Shown: positions 19,054 through 26,901 of the stretch, piece after piece
How positions within the stretch are numbered: position 1 is the first letter of the stretch
Layout: each line of letters starts with the position of its first letter
Source of the DNA: Thermodesulfobacteriota bacterium
GTDB lineage: Bacteria > Desulfobacterota > Desulfobulbia > Desulfobulbales > DAOVYS01
Assembly (NCBI GenBank): GCA_034659175.1
Contig: JAYEGR010000027.1
Location: 1-47,763 of the forward strand
DNA: 47,763 nt
Reading direction: 5' to 3'
Translations under genes and position numbers: made by a program
Notes under the pieces: generated by a model
The model's input: only the letters and a program-made list of their open reading frames with translations
Databases searched by the model: none
Told to the model about the DNA's origin: nothing

Positions 19054-19383
19054 TAACCTTTCTCTGGGTAGAATTTGGCATAAATTTCTTTTCTATCGCT
19101 CTCTCTGTATCGCCCGATAACGCTGTCGTAGGTACCGTTATATTTTGTCAGCGGCCTTCTGAATATGCCCTTAATCTGACCATACGAAAATGCTGATATT
19201 TTCTTCTAAAAGGAAGGGAATTTAACAAATTTTCTTATATTTTCTTCCCATATTCTTCTAACTAGTTGAAATCCCGGCACTTTACATTCGACAAGAAGCA
19301 TAAATCATGCCAGTAAATGCCGTATTTACATATGGTCACATTTACTACAATTTCACGCGGTCGCTAACATATTTTGCACATCT

Positions 19384-19497
19384 GTAATAAATGGGGTAAT
19401 AAATGGGGTCAGAGTAAAGGTTAAAAACCTTGAATTAATGGTTTGATTTTACTCTGAACCCATTTATTTGGACCCCATTTATTCACACCATTTATTC
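19384..19497. repeat. Palindromic cluster of AATAAATGGGG / CCATTTATT motifs
   Basis: The left half has GTAATAAATGGGG, TAATAAATGGGG and TCAGAGTAAA. The right half has TTTACTCTGA followed by three CCATTTATT-containing units. The halves are inverted with respect to each other around a ~29-nt spacer. Confidence 0.6.
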
Positions 19498-19957
19498 ATA
19501 GACCTCTTTGGGCACCAGTGGTCGGATGGCCCACCTGTGGTCTTTAGGCTTTGCGGAAGGATCGTTTTTCTCTGCTTTCATTTCACCTTACCTTTACAAT
19601 TTGGTGGTTCCAGCCAGATGATAGGAAATTGCTTTTTTTGCGGTCGGATCGGAGGGAGAAAAAAGTGTCTCCGACCCCCTTCTAACGACTAAAATAATTT
19701 TTAATCGATTATATTTTATATTGTCAAGTGGGAAATCAGGTCTGAATATTTCAAAAAAGGGATGGGGGAAGTTGTTTTGTCCCTATCCCTTATATGAAAT
19801 ATCCAAGGGTCAGTTGTTAATTGTTGACATAATCATTACACCAAATTATTATATCGGATTTTCTAAAATATTGCTTATAACTGTCTGGGAGAAAGATTTT
19901 TCCTGGGGAAATATTCGAATTTTTGCATTTCCGGATGAGCGTCTCGATACAATCATA

Positions 19958-20612
19958 ATGTTTGAAAATCTGTCAGATCGTTTAAACGATGTCTTTTTTA
20001 AAAAGCTCAGGGGTCACGGTAAGCTTTCCGAGGAGAACATCAAGGAGGCCATGCGTGAAGTTCGTATGGCTCTACTTGAGGCTGACGTTAATTTCAAGGT
20101 TGTAAAGGAGTTCATTGCCGTTATAACGGAAAAGGCTGTCGGTCGGGATGTGCTGGAAAGCCTGTCTCCCGGACAGCAGGTTGTCAAGGTTGTCCATGAA
20201 AACCGTATCTTGTGCCGGCTGACGTTTATCGTCCCGCCGCTATCGAACATTCGCATTCTGGGCAAAAGCATTTCCGTGCCCGTACACCCGTCACAGACTG
20301 ATCAGAATCCCGTGTCGATCTGCGGTAGTGCGGTTACAGCTTAAGGAACAGGTCGTAAATAAATTGAACAAAATTCCATCTCATCTTCAGGCCATCTTTG
20401 GCTGGCTTTCAATCACAAAATCCTCAACGTAGCCCTGCTACGCCTGCGGTTTTGCTCAATCAAGCCAGCTAAATCTAACCTAAAGCTGAGCGTAATTTTG
20501 CTCAATTTATTTCCTCTCTGTTCCTAAGTTTGTTGGTACCGACGAAAATCTTGACGCACTTGAAATTTTTCATCCTGACCGACTGGCATCACGTATCCTG
20601 TGATATGGATGA
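19958..20612 (+). pseudogene. ffh: Decayed duplicate of the ffh 5' half (SRP GTPase pseudogene)
   Basis: About 95 percent nucleotide identity by eye to 25101-25339 (MFENLSDRLNDV...QQVVK). It has a 3-nt insertion and a ~150-bp deletion that removes the GLQGSGKTTT P-loop, plus a 2-nt indel. A MITE (20340-20528) replaces about 270 bp. Homology resumes at 20529-20612 (matching 25912-25995) and then stops. Confidence 0.85.
20340..20528. mobile_element. MITE-like element (family 3) inserted in the ffh pseudogene
   Basis: About 39-bp imperfect terminal inverted repeats: CTTAAGGAACAGgtcgtAAATAAATTGAACAAAATT versus the reverse complement CTTAGGAACAGagaggAAATAAATTGAGCAAAATT. The interior is itself palindromic (GCTGGCTTTCAATCACAAAATCCTCAACGTAG / CTACGCCTGCGGTTTTGCTCAATCAAGCCAGC). 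Confidence 0.7.
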
Positions 20613-20621
20613 TAGGTAATT

Positions 20622-22154
20622 ATGATGCAGATGAACACTACAAATGAAAAAGAGAGGAATATTATAATAAGAATACTTGTAAAAAAGTCATTTCTTTTAT
20701 GCCTGTTTATCTTTTGTGCTTGCATATTTTCAGACAAGTCTTTTGCAACGCCGGATTCAGCGCGCACTATCCCGCCGGAATATCAAAAGGAAACACCAAA
20801 AAAGAAACCACGACTCCCATCACAACGGCTCGGTATTACCATAAACCCTGCCTCAATATTGAAACTACCGCCGTTAGATACAGCGCCGCTTTTAGCAGAA
20901 GATGCTGCCCAAGGCCATGGGCCAGCCCGCATCGGGGTGCATCGAGATCTAAATGTTTCACCGGAGACCCATGGCGAATGGCATGATATTGACGGCCGAG
21001 GACGTATTTGGCTTTTTGGCATTCATGCCCCTGATGCTAAAGGTTTCAGGATTCATTTCTCACAATGCTATTTGCCGAAAGGCGCACACATTTATGTCTA
21101 TTCACCTTCAAGACTCGATAAATATGAGGGTCCTTATAGATACTGTAAATGGGTAGGTACTGTTTGGGATAATACAGTTATTGTTGAATTAGTGGTGCCG
21201 GTTTTAACAGACCCGTCCCCATCTTTTGTGATTGATAAAATTGGTCATATGTATCGCTCAGTAAATCAACAACTGCTACCAAGGAAAACGTTACGTCAGG
21301 ACGGGGGGCCATGCAGGGTAGATGCAGCCTGCTATCCGGAATGGGCAATCGACGGCGATGCTGTGGGTTTAGTGGAGTTTGAGAAAATGGGTCAATTTGC
21401 GGTATGCTCTGGTACTATGCTGGACAATCAGGCTGAAGATTATACTCCATACTTTCTCACTGCCGAACATTGTATTGCAAGCGACGCTGTCGCTGATACG
21501 GCGAGAATTTATTGGTTTTATGAAACTTCGGCCTGCAATGGCTCGCCTTCTGATCTAAATAGTGTTCCAAAGTCAGAGAATGCCATGCTTCTTGCAAGTA
21601 AAACAGACATTGATTTTAGTGTACTGGAGATACTCGGGTCTGTGCCGCGCTCTTTGAGTTGGGCAAAATGGTCACTAACAGAACCTGAAACAGGAGATAG
21701 CGGCGTGGGACTTCATCACCCAGGGGGCACATTCCTTGGTAACGACGATTATAGACGAATTCTCTTTGGTAATATTGCCAGTAGTTCTACCGATTATATG
21801 TGGTACATCGATCATTGTCTTGGTGGTACTGAAACAGGTTCCTCAGGCTCTCCATTTTTTAATTCTTCCCATCAAATAATTGGGCAACTCTCTGGCGGTA
21901 CCGGAGTACCGTGTAGTCCTGATGATCAATCAAAATACGGCAAATTCTCTTTATCATACCCGTACATGCAAACTCTTCTTCAGGGTGGATCAGATGATGA
22001 ATTAGAAGATAATGACCTTCGTTCATCGGCAACAGAGGTTGAGGATGAAGTTTATAAAAGTCAGGTTGTAAAAATCTATGATGAAGACTGGTGTAAAATC
22101 AGTGTTCCTGAAAACACAAAAATCTCCGTAGATCTTTCTTTCATACATACATAA
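20622..22154 (+). CDS. Secreted trypsin-fold (S1, lysyl-endopeptidase-like) serine protease; N-terminal part of a frameshifted gene
   Basis: It has a signal peptide. The catalytic triad contexts are FLTAEHCIAS (His), DFSVLEI (Asp) and GTETGSSGSPFF (Ser). The last ~45 aa begin a PPC (pre-peptidase C-terminal) domain that is cut by the stop at 22152-22154. Confidence 0.8.
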   Translation: MMQMNTTNEKERNIIIRILVKKSFLLCLFIFCACIFSDKSFATPDSARTIPPEYQKETPKKKPRLPSQRLGITINPASILKLPPLDTAPLLAEDAAQGHGPARIGVHRDLNVSPETHGEWHDIDGRGRIWLFGIHAPDAKGFRIHFSQCYLPKGAHIYVYSPSRLDKYEGPYRYCKWVGTVWDNTVIVELVVPVLTDPSPSFVIDKIGHMYRSVNQQLLPRKTLRQDGGPCRVDAACYPEWAIDGDAVGLVEFEKMGQFAVCSGTMLDNQAEDYTPYFLTAEHCIASDAVADTARIYWFYETSACNGSPSDLNSVPKSENAMLLASKTDIDFSVLEILGSVPRSLSWAKWSLTEPETGDSGVGLHHPGGTFLGNDDYRRILFGNIASSSTDYMWYIDHCLGGTETGSSGSPFFNSSHQIIGQLSGGTGVPCSPDDQSKYGKFSLSYPYMQTLLQGGSDDELEDNDLRSSATEVEDEVYKSQVVKIYDEDWCKISVPENTKISVDLSFIHT

Positions 22155-24603
22155 TCATGGCAATATCGATCTTCAATTATATCAAGGTTCTAATCCTAAT
22201 CCTATCAGCAGTTCCTCAGGAACAGGGGACTCTGAGCATGTGGAACATTTAAATGAAGGTGAAGCAACAGATTATTTTTTTCGAGTCTTTTTAGACGATG
22301 ATACCCGGAATACATATAACATGATAATAAAATTTGGTGAAGCTGATCCTGCACACTGGATAAAAACATACGGGCTTTATGATGGCACAGCGTATGCTGT
22401 TCAACAGACCTCTGATGATGGCTTTATAGTTAGTGGAATATATGATTACAGGAGTTGGGTATTTAAACTTGATGCAGGTGGGAATATTCAATGGCAAAAG
22501 AATTATGCAAGTGAGGAAAATGATTTTAAGCAGGCTACTCGCCGTATTTTACACCCGACTAAACTTGTATTATCCAAGCCAAAAATGACAATATCCTGGG
22601 CCGAACAATTCTCCATTCAGCAAACATCCGAAGGGGGATATGTAGTAACTGGTCAAAATGAAAATGATTATGATTATGATTATGATGCCTTGGTTTTTAA
22701 ACTCGATCTAAACGGAAATATCCAGTGGCAAAAGACATACGGCGGGAACAATTATGATTTTACTCATGCCATTAAACAGACTTCTGATGGCGGCTATATA
22801 GTTGTTGGGACAAGTTATTCTTTTGGCATGGGAAATGGTGACTGTTGGGTATTAAAACTTGATTCAAGCGGAGTAGTCCAGTGGCAGAAGACATATGGGG
22901 GGACCGAGAATGACGTAGCTTATTCAATCCAACAGACATTAGATAACGGCTATATAGTAGCTGGTGCGACCATGTCTTTTGGCGCTGGAAATGGTGATTT
23001 TTGGGTATTGAAATTAGATAATACCGGGAATGTAATTTGGCAGAGGGCCTATGGGGGTAATGATCAGGATGTTGCCCAGTTTGTTCAGCAAACTTTAGAT
23101 GGAGGGTATATAGTTGTAGGAGAGAGCTACTCATTTGGAGGTGTTTCTATTGACTTCTGGGTAGTAAAGCTTGCAAGTAATGGAGGTGTTGAGTGGCAAA
23201 AAGCTTATGATGTCGGCGCTGATTCAGCTTACTCTGTCAATCAAACAATTGATGGTGGCTATATTATAGCAGGTGATTCGCGTTCTTTTTCCGATTATGA
23301 CTATGATGCTTTGGCCTTAAAACTAGATACGAATGGGAATATTGAATGGCAGCACAGATATGGCGGCAGTGATGATGAGGCTATTTATTCCATCCAGCAG
23401 ACAAGAGAAGGTGAGTACATAGCCGCAGGTTATAGCTGGTCGTTTTTGTCTAATTATGGCTGGGTTTTGAATATTGACAGCACTGGAAATATAGCGGATT
23501 GTTCAGGTGTGGGGTCAGCAAGCGTCACCAATTATGATACAAATGCAATTATAAGCAATACTGAGGGGTTAGCCTTGAATAGTACAGCATCTGCACAACC
23601 GGCTGGTTTGCTGGCCATAGACCTGAGCGATCCTGCCATTGAAGTGTGTCAGGCAATTATGCCGGAGCCGGAACTTTTTGTTAACCGGGCATCTATAGAC
23701 TTCAATTACCTTGGAGTTAATGGCTTAGAAGTAAGGGATGTAAGAGTCTCTAATAAGGGTCAGGCTGATCTTGTGATAGATTCGATTGATATTACAGGCG
23801 CAAATGCAAACGAATTTAGCGAGTCAAATGACTGTTCAAATGTTGCCGTGCTTGATTATTGTACTATTCATGTATTGTGTTTGCCAACCGCTGCCGGACA
23901 AAAAACCGCCTCTCTCGATATTATATCCAATGATCCTCATACACCCAGCTTAAATATAGAATTGAATGGAAATGTAGGCAACCTAGTCACTATAACCAAA
24001 TCAGGTACAGGAGATGGCACAGTCACCAGCACAGCCGGCATAGATTGTGGATATGTCTGTGGAGAAGCCTATCAGAATGGGACTATTATTACATTGATTG
24101 CAACACCTGAGCCTAATTCAACATTTAGTAGCTGGACTGGCTGTGATAGCTCAATGGGGCTTACATGTTCACTGACCGTTAATTCAGACAGGATTGTGAC
24201 TGCTAACTTTATTGCTGAATCTCCAACTTATTACACACTCGATGTTACTAAGGATGGCACAGGAAGTGGGACAGTTCAGAATTGTCTCAAGGGCATTGAT
24301 TGTGGATTAGATTGCACAGAATTCTATATTGATGGAACTCTTACAGTTCTTACTGCTGTTCCTGCTGGTGGCTCAATTTTTGCTGGCTGGACAGGGGGGG
24401 GATGCGGTGGAACAGAGTCATGTGTAGCAACAATGGATGAAAATAAAACAATCACTGCTACATTTACAGATATTCCTAATGATCCAGATTTTGATGGCGA
24501 CGGGGATATAGATGGCACAGATTTATCTGCCTTTGCAATGGAAGTAGCAAGTGGAACAAATACAATCAGTATTGAGGATTTTGCATTCGGTTTTGGTCTA
24601 TGA
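22132..24603 (+). CDS. Continuation of the protease gene in the +1 frame: PPC remainder, 7-repeat beta-propeller, ASH/choice-of-anchor-D-like Ig domain, two InlB-B-repeat-like domains and a dockerin-like Ca-binding tail
   Basis: The frame is open from 22132; the track starts it at GTG 22240. HGNIDLQLYQGSNP...GEATDYFFRVFLDD...YNMIIKFG completes the PPC domain. Seven repeats of about 60 aa follow (consensus W-Q-K-T-Y-G-G ... QQT-DGGYIV-G ... D-WVLKLD). Later come GTGDGTVTS...IDCG..C and GTGSGTV...IDCGLDC repeats, and the tail DPDFDGDGDIDGTD. Confidence 0.8.
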   Translation: MFLSYIHNHGNIDLQLYQGSNPNPISSSSGTGDSEHVEHLNEGEATDYFFRVFLDDDTRNTYNMIIKFGEADPAHWIKTYGLYDGTAYAVQQTSDDGFIVSGIYDYRSWVFKLDAGGNIQWQKNYASEENDFKQATRRILHPTKLVLSKPKMTISWAEQFSIQQTSEGGYVVTGQNENDYDYDYDALVFKLDLNGNIQWQKTYGGNNYDFTHAIKQTSDGGYIVVGTSYSFGMGNGDCWVLKLDSSGVVQWQKTYGGTENDVAYSIQQTLDNGYIVAGATMSFGAGNGDFWVLKLDNTGNVIWQRAYGGNDQDVAQFVQQTLDGGYIVVGESYSFGGVSIDFWVVKLASNGGVEWQKAYDVGADSAYSVNQTIDGGYIIAGDSRSFSDYDYDALALKLDTNGNIEWQHRYGGSDDEAIYSIQQTREGEYIAAGYSWSFLSNYGWVLNIDSTGNIADCSGVGSASVTNYDTNAIISNTEGLALNSTASAQPAGLLAIDLSDPAIEVCQAIMPEPELFVNRASIDFNYLGVNGLEVRDVRVSNKGQADLVIDSIDITGANANEFSESNDCSNVAVLDYCTIHVLCLPTAAGQKTASLDIISNDPHTPSLNIELNGNVGNLVTITKSGTGDGTVTSTAGIDCGYVCGEAYQNGTIITLIATPEPNSTFSSWTGCDSSMGLTCSLTVNSDRIVTANFIAESPTYYTLDVTKDGTGSGTVQNCLKGIDCGLDCTEFYIDGTLTVLTAVPAGGSIFAGWTGGGCGGTESCVATMDENKTITATFTDIPNDPDFDGDGDIDGTDLSAFAMEVASGTNTISIEDFAFGFGL

Positions 24604-24811
24604 AGTAGTTGTACATTCGCTTATTACTTAAAGGTTACGCGAAACTGGAACGATTGGTGATAGAAAACTGCTTTTTTTGCGGTCGGATCGGAGGGAGAAA
24701 AAATTATCTCCGATCCTCTTCTAACGGCTAAAATCATCTTTAATTGATTATATTTTAATGTATCGGAAAAACAAAGTTTTTGAAATATTGATAATTGATC
24801 TTAATTGGGAT

Positions 24812-24971
24812 GGGAGCATTCGCATTTTCTGACAACAAGCTGAAAAATGAAAAAATGTTGCCTGTGACTTAAAATTTCAGGTGTTTTTACTCTCACCGAG
24901 TGCTGATTCTATCAAAAAAGAAGCATATGGTCTTGTGAATTCCTGTTCTGTCAGAAATTGCGAATGCACCC
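24812..24971. mobile_element. 160-bp MITE (family 2) with an 8-bp target-site duplication in the ffh upstream region
   Basis: The TIRs are GGGAGCATTCGCATTTTCTGAC (24812-24833) and the reverse complement of 24950-24971, GGGTGCATTCGCAATTTCTGAC (20/22). It is flanked by direct ATTGGGAT at 24804-24811 and 24972-24979. Confidence 0.8.
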
Positions 24972-25100
24972 ATTGGGATGCCCTTGCCCGAAGGGCATCA
25001 TGTTCCTGAAATATTGCTTATAACTCTCCGGGAGAAAGGTTTTTCCTGGGGAAATATTCGAATTTTTGCATTTCCGGATGAGCGTCTCGAGACAACCACA

Positions 25101-26453
25101 ATGTTTGAAAATCTGTCAGATCGTTTAAACGATGTTTTTAAAAAGCTCCGGGGTCACGGTAAGCTTTCCGAGGAGAACATCAAGGAGGCCATGCGTGAAG
25201 TCCGTATGGCCCTTCTTGAGGCTGATGTTAATTTCAAGGTTGTAAAGGAGTTCATTGCCGTTATAACGGAAAAGGCTGTCGGTCGGGATGTGCTGGAAAG
25301 CCTGTCTCCCGGCCAGCAGGTTGTCAAGATTGTCCATGAGGAATTAATTGAATTACTTGGAGGCCAGGGCGAAGGCCTGAAACTTACCGGACCGTCACCA
25401 GCCATTATCATGCTGGTTGGGTTACAGGGTTCCGGTAAGACGACAACTGCCGGCAAGCTGGCCGGATTCCTGAAATCAAAGGGACGAAGACCGTATCTTG
25501 TGCCGGCTGACGTTTATCGTCCCGCTGCTATTGAACAGCTTCGTATTCTGGGCAAAAGCATTTCCGTGCCCGTTCACCCGTCACAGACTGACCAGAATCC
25601 CGTGTCGATCTGCAGTAGTGCGGTTTCAGCGGCAAAGGAAAATCGGCATGACATCGTAATTCTTGACACTGCGGGACGACTCCATATTGACGAGGTCCTG
25701 ATGGAGGAACTCGCTCAGATCAAAACAGAGGTAAGGCCTGCCGAGATCCTGTTTGTCGCTGATGCGATGACCGGGCAGGACGCGGTCACGGTTGTTGAAA
25801 AATTTAACATTGGTCTTGAGATCACCGGCGTAATTCTCACCAAGATGGAGGGTGATGCCCGGGGTGGCGCGGCCCTGTCAATAAAAAAAGTAACTCAAAA
25901 ACCGATTAAGTTTGTTGGTACCGGCGAAAATCTTGACGCACTTGAAATTTTTCATCCTGACCGGTTGGCATCACGTATCCTGGGAATGGGTGATATTCTT
26001 ACGCTGATCGAGAAGGCTGAAGAGGTTGTTGATAAAAAAAAGGCGGAAAAACTCCTCAAGAAAATCAAGAAAAACGCCTTTACCCTGGAAGACTTTCTTG
26101 ATCAGATCCAACAGATAAAAAAGATGGGTAGCCTGAAACAGATCATGGGCATGATACCTGGTATAAACAAGATTAAGCAGCTTAAAAATATGCCGACACC
26201 GGATGAAAAAGAACTTGTCCGGGTGGAGGCGATTATCAAATCCATGACCCTTGATGAACGCCGCAGGTACCAGATTATCAATGCAAGCCGCAGGCAACGT
26301 ATTGCCAGGGGCAGCGGGACCACGGTTCAGGATGTAAATAAGGTACTTAGAAGCTATACTGAAATGCTCAAAATGATGAAAAAAATAGGAGGTCCGGGCA
26401 TGACGGGCGGCGGGAAAAAGAAGCGGAAAAGGCCCAAAGGTCTGTTCCGATAG
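25101..26453 (+). CDS. ffh: Signal recognition particle protein Ffh
   Basis: The N-terminus is MFENLSDRLNDVFKKLRG. The P-loop is GLQGSGKTTT, with DTAGRL and TKMEGDARGG boxes and a Met-rich M domain. I moved the start from the track value 24978 to the ATG at 25101, because the extension reads through the MITE flank. Confidence 0.95.
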   Translation: MFENLSDRLNDVFKKLRGHGKLSEENIKEAMREVRMALLEADVNFKVVKEFIAVITEKAVGRDVLESLSPGQQVVKIVHEELIELLGGQGEGLKLTGPSPAIIMLVGLQGSGKTTTAGKLAGFLKSKGRRPYLVPADVYRPAAIEQLRILGKSISVPVHPSQTDQNPVSICSSAVSAAKENRHDIVILDTAGRLHIDEVLMEELAQIKTEVRPAEILFVADAMTGQDAVTVVEKFNIGLEITGVILTKMEGDARGGAALSIKKVTQKPIKFVGTGENLDALEIFHPDRLASRILGMGDILTLIEKAEEVVDKKKAEKLLKKIKKNAFTLEDFLDQIQQIKKMGSLKQIMGMIPGINKIKQLKNMPTPDEKELVRVEAIIKSMTLDERRRYQIINASRRQRIARGSGTTVQDVNKVLRSYTEMLKMMKKIGGPGMTGGGKKKRKRPKGLFR

Positions 26454-26519
26454 CCCGCTCATTCAGTAAAATATTCGGGTTCACGCGAATCCATAACAAA
26501 TTAAAAGGAAACAGGAAAA

Positions 26520-26771
26520 ATGGCAGTAAAAATCCGTTTAAGTAGATTCGGGAAAAAGAAGCGACCCTTCTACCGTATCGTGGTTGCTAATTCCGAGGCA
26601 AAGCGGGATGGAAAATTTTTAGAGCAGGTAGGAACGTATGATCCGATGAAAGACCCGCTTGAGGTCAAGCTCAACCAGGAAAAACTTCAGGCCTGGCTTG
26701 ACAAAGGCGCCCTGCCTACCACAACCGTAAAAAACCTGATAAAAAAGGCGGCGGCAGCTCCTGCGGAATAA
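26520..26771 (+). CDS. rpsP: 30S ribosomal protein S16
   Basis: [23 protein letters not shown] is the canonical S16 N-terminus. Confidence 0.95.
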   Translation: MAVKIRLSRFGKKKRPFYRIVVANSEAKRDGKFLEQVGTYDPMKDPLEVKLNQEKLQAWLDKGALPTTTVKNLIKKAAAAPAE

Positions 26772-26873
26772 ATATGTGGCTTGATGCCGGAAAACAGCTT
26801 GAATCACCAAAAAAGTAAATGTTTGGCAGCGCACCCCAAGGGCACTTCCTGTGGAGTGCTGCCGAATATTTAC
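26768..26873 (+). repeat. Family-1 repeat, copy C (short form)
   Basis: It starts on the rpsP stop codon (aTAAatatgtggcttg). The core GCACCCCAAGGGCACTTCC is present. It ends GCCGAATATTTAC and lacks the long internal stem of copies A and B. Confidence 0.8.
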
Positions 26874-26901
26874 CTTGCGGAATAACAGGACTTTGATTCA
26901 T

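Noticed and set aside
19492-19581. A 29-aa minus-strand sORF (MKAEKNDPSAKPKDHRWAIRPLVPKEVYE) with an AAGGTAAGGTGA upstream
   Set aside because: It is too short to support without conservation or expression data. Its stop lies in the CCATTTATT repeat cluster. It could be a gene fragment.
19640-19690. A hairpin GGATCGGAG...CTCCGA(T/C)CC in both copies of the ffh upstream block, considered as a possible terminator
   Set aside because: The T-run precedes rather than follows the stem on the plus strand, and the minus-strand reading is followed by an A-run. It does not fit an intrinsic terminator on either strand.
19721-20344. A 207-aa ORF presented as intact
   Set aside because: Its N-terminal 79 aa read through non-coding duplicated leader. 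The rest is the indel-ridden ffh copy lacking the P-loop. I treat it as a pseudogene, not a functional small Ffh.
22380-23480. Periodic ~180-nt repeats that could be mistaken for a repeat array or CRISPR
   Set aside because: They are in-frame coding repeats (seven beta-propeller blades) with diverged sequence and no spacer/repeat architecture. I saw no CRISPR array anywhere in the window.
24978-25100. An N-terminal extension of ffh in the track (start at 24978)
   Set aside because: That ATG lies in the ATTGGGAT target duplication of the MITE. The canonical MFENLSDRL start at 25101 matches Ffh N-termini. The same logic applies to the track starts 26851 (KH protein) and 31021 (pdxA), which fall inside family-1 repeats.
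25971-26462. A 163-aa minus-strand ORF, and similar antisense ORFs (42776-43195, 43901-44374, 46072-46455, 47192-47590)
   Set aside because: They are shadow frames opposite ffh, rpoD and topA, all of which have unambiguous family motifs.
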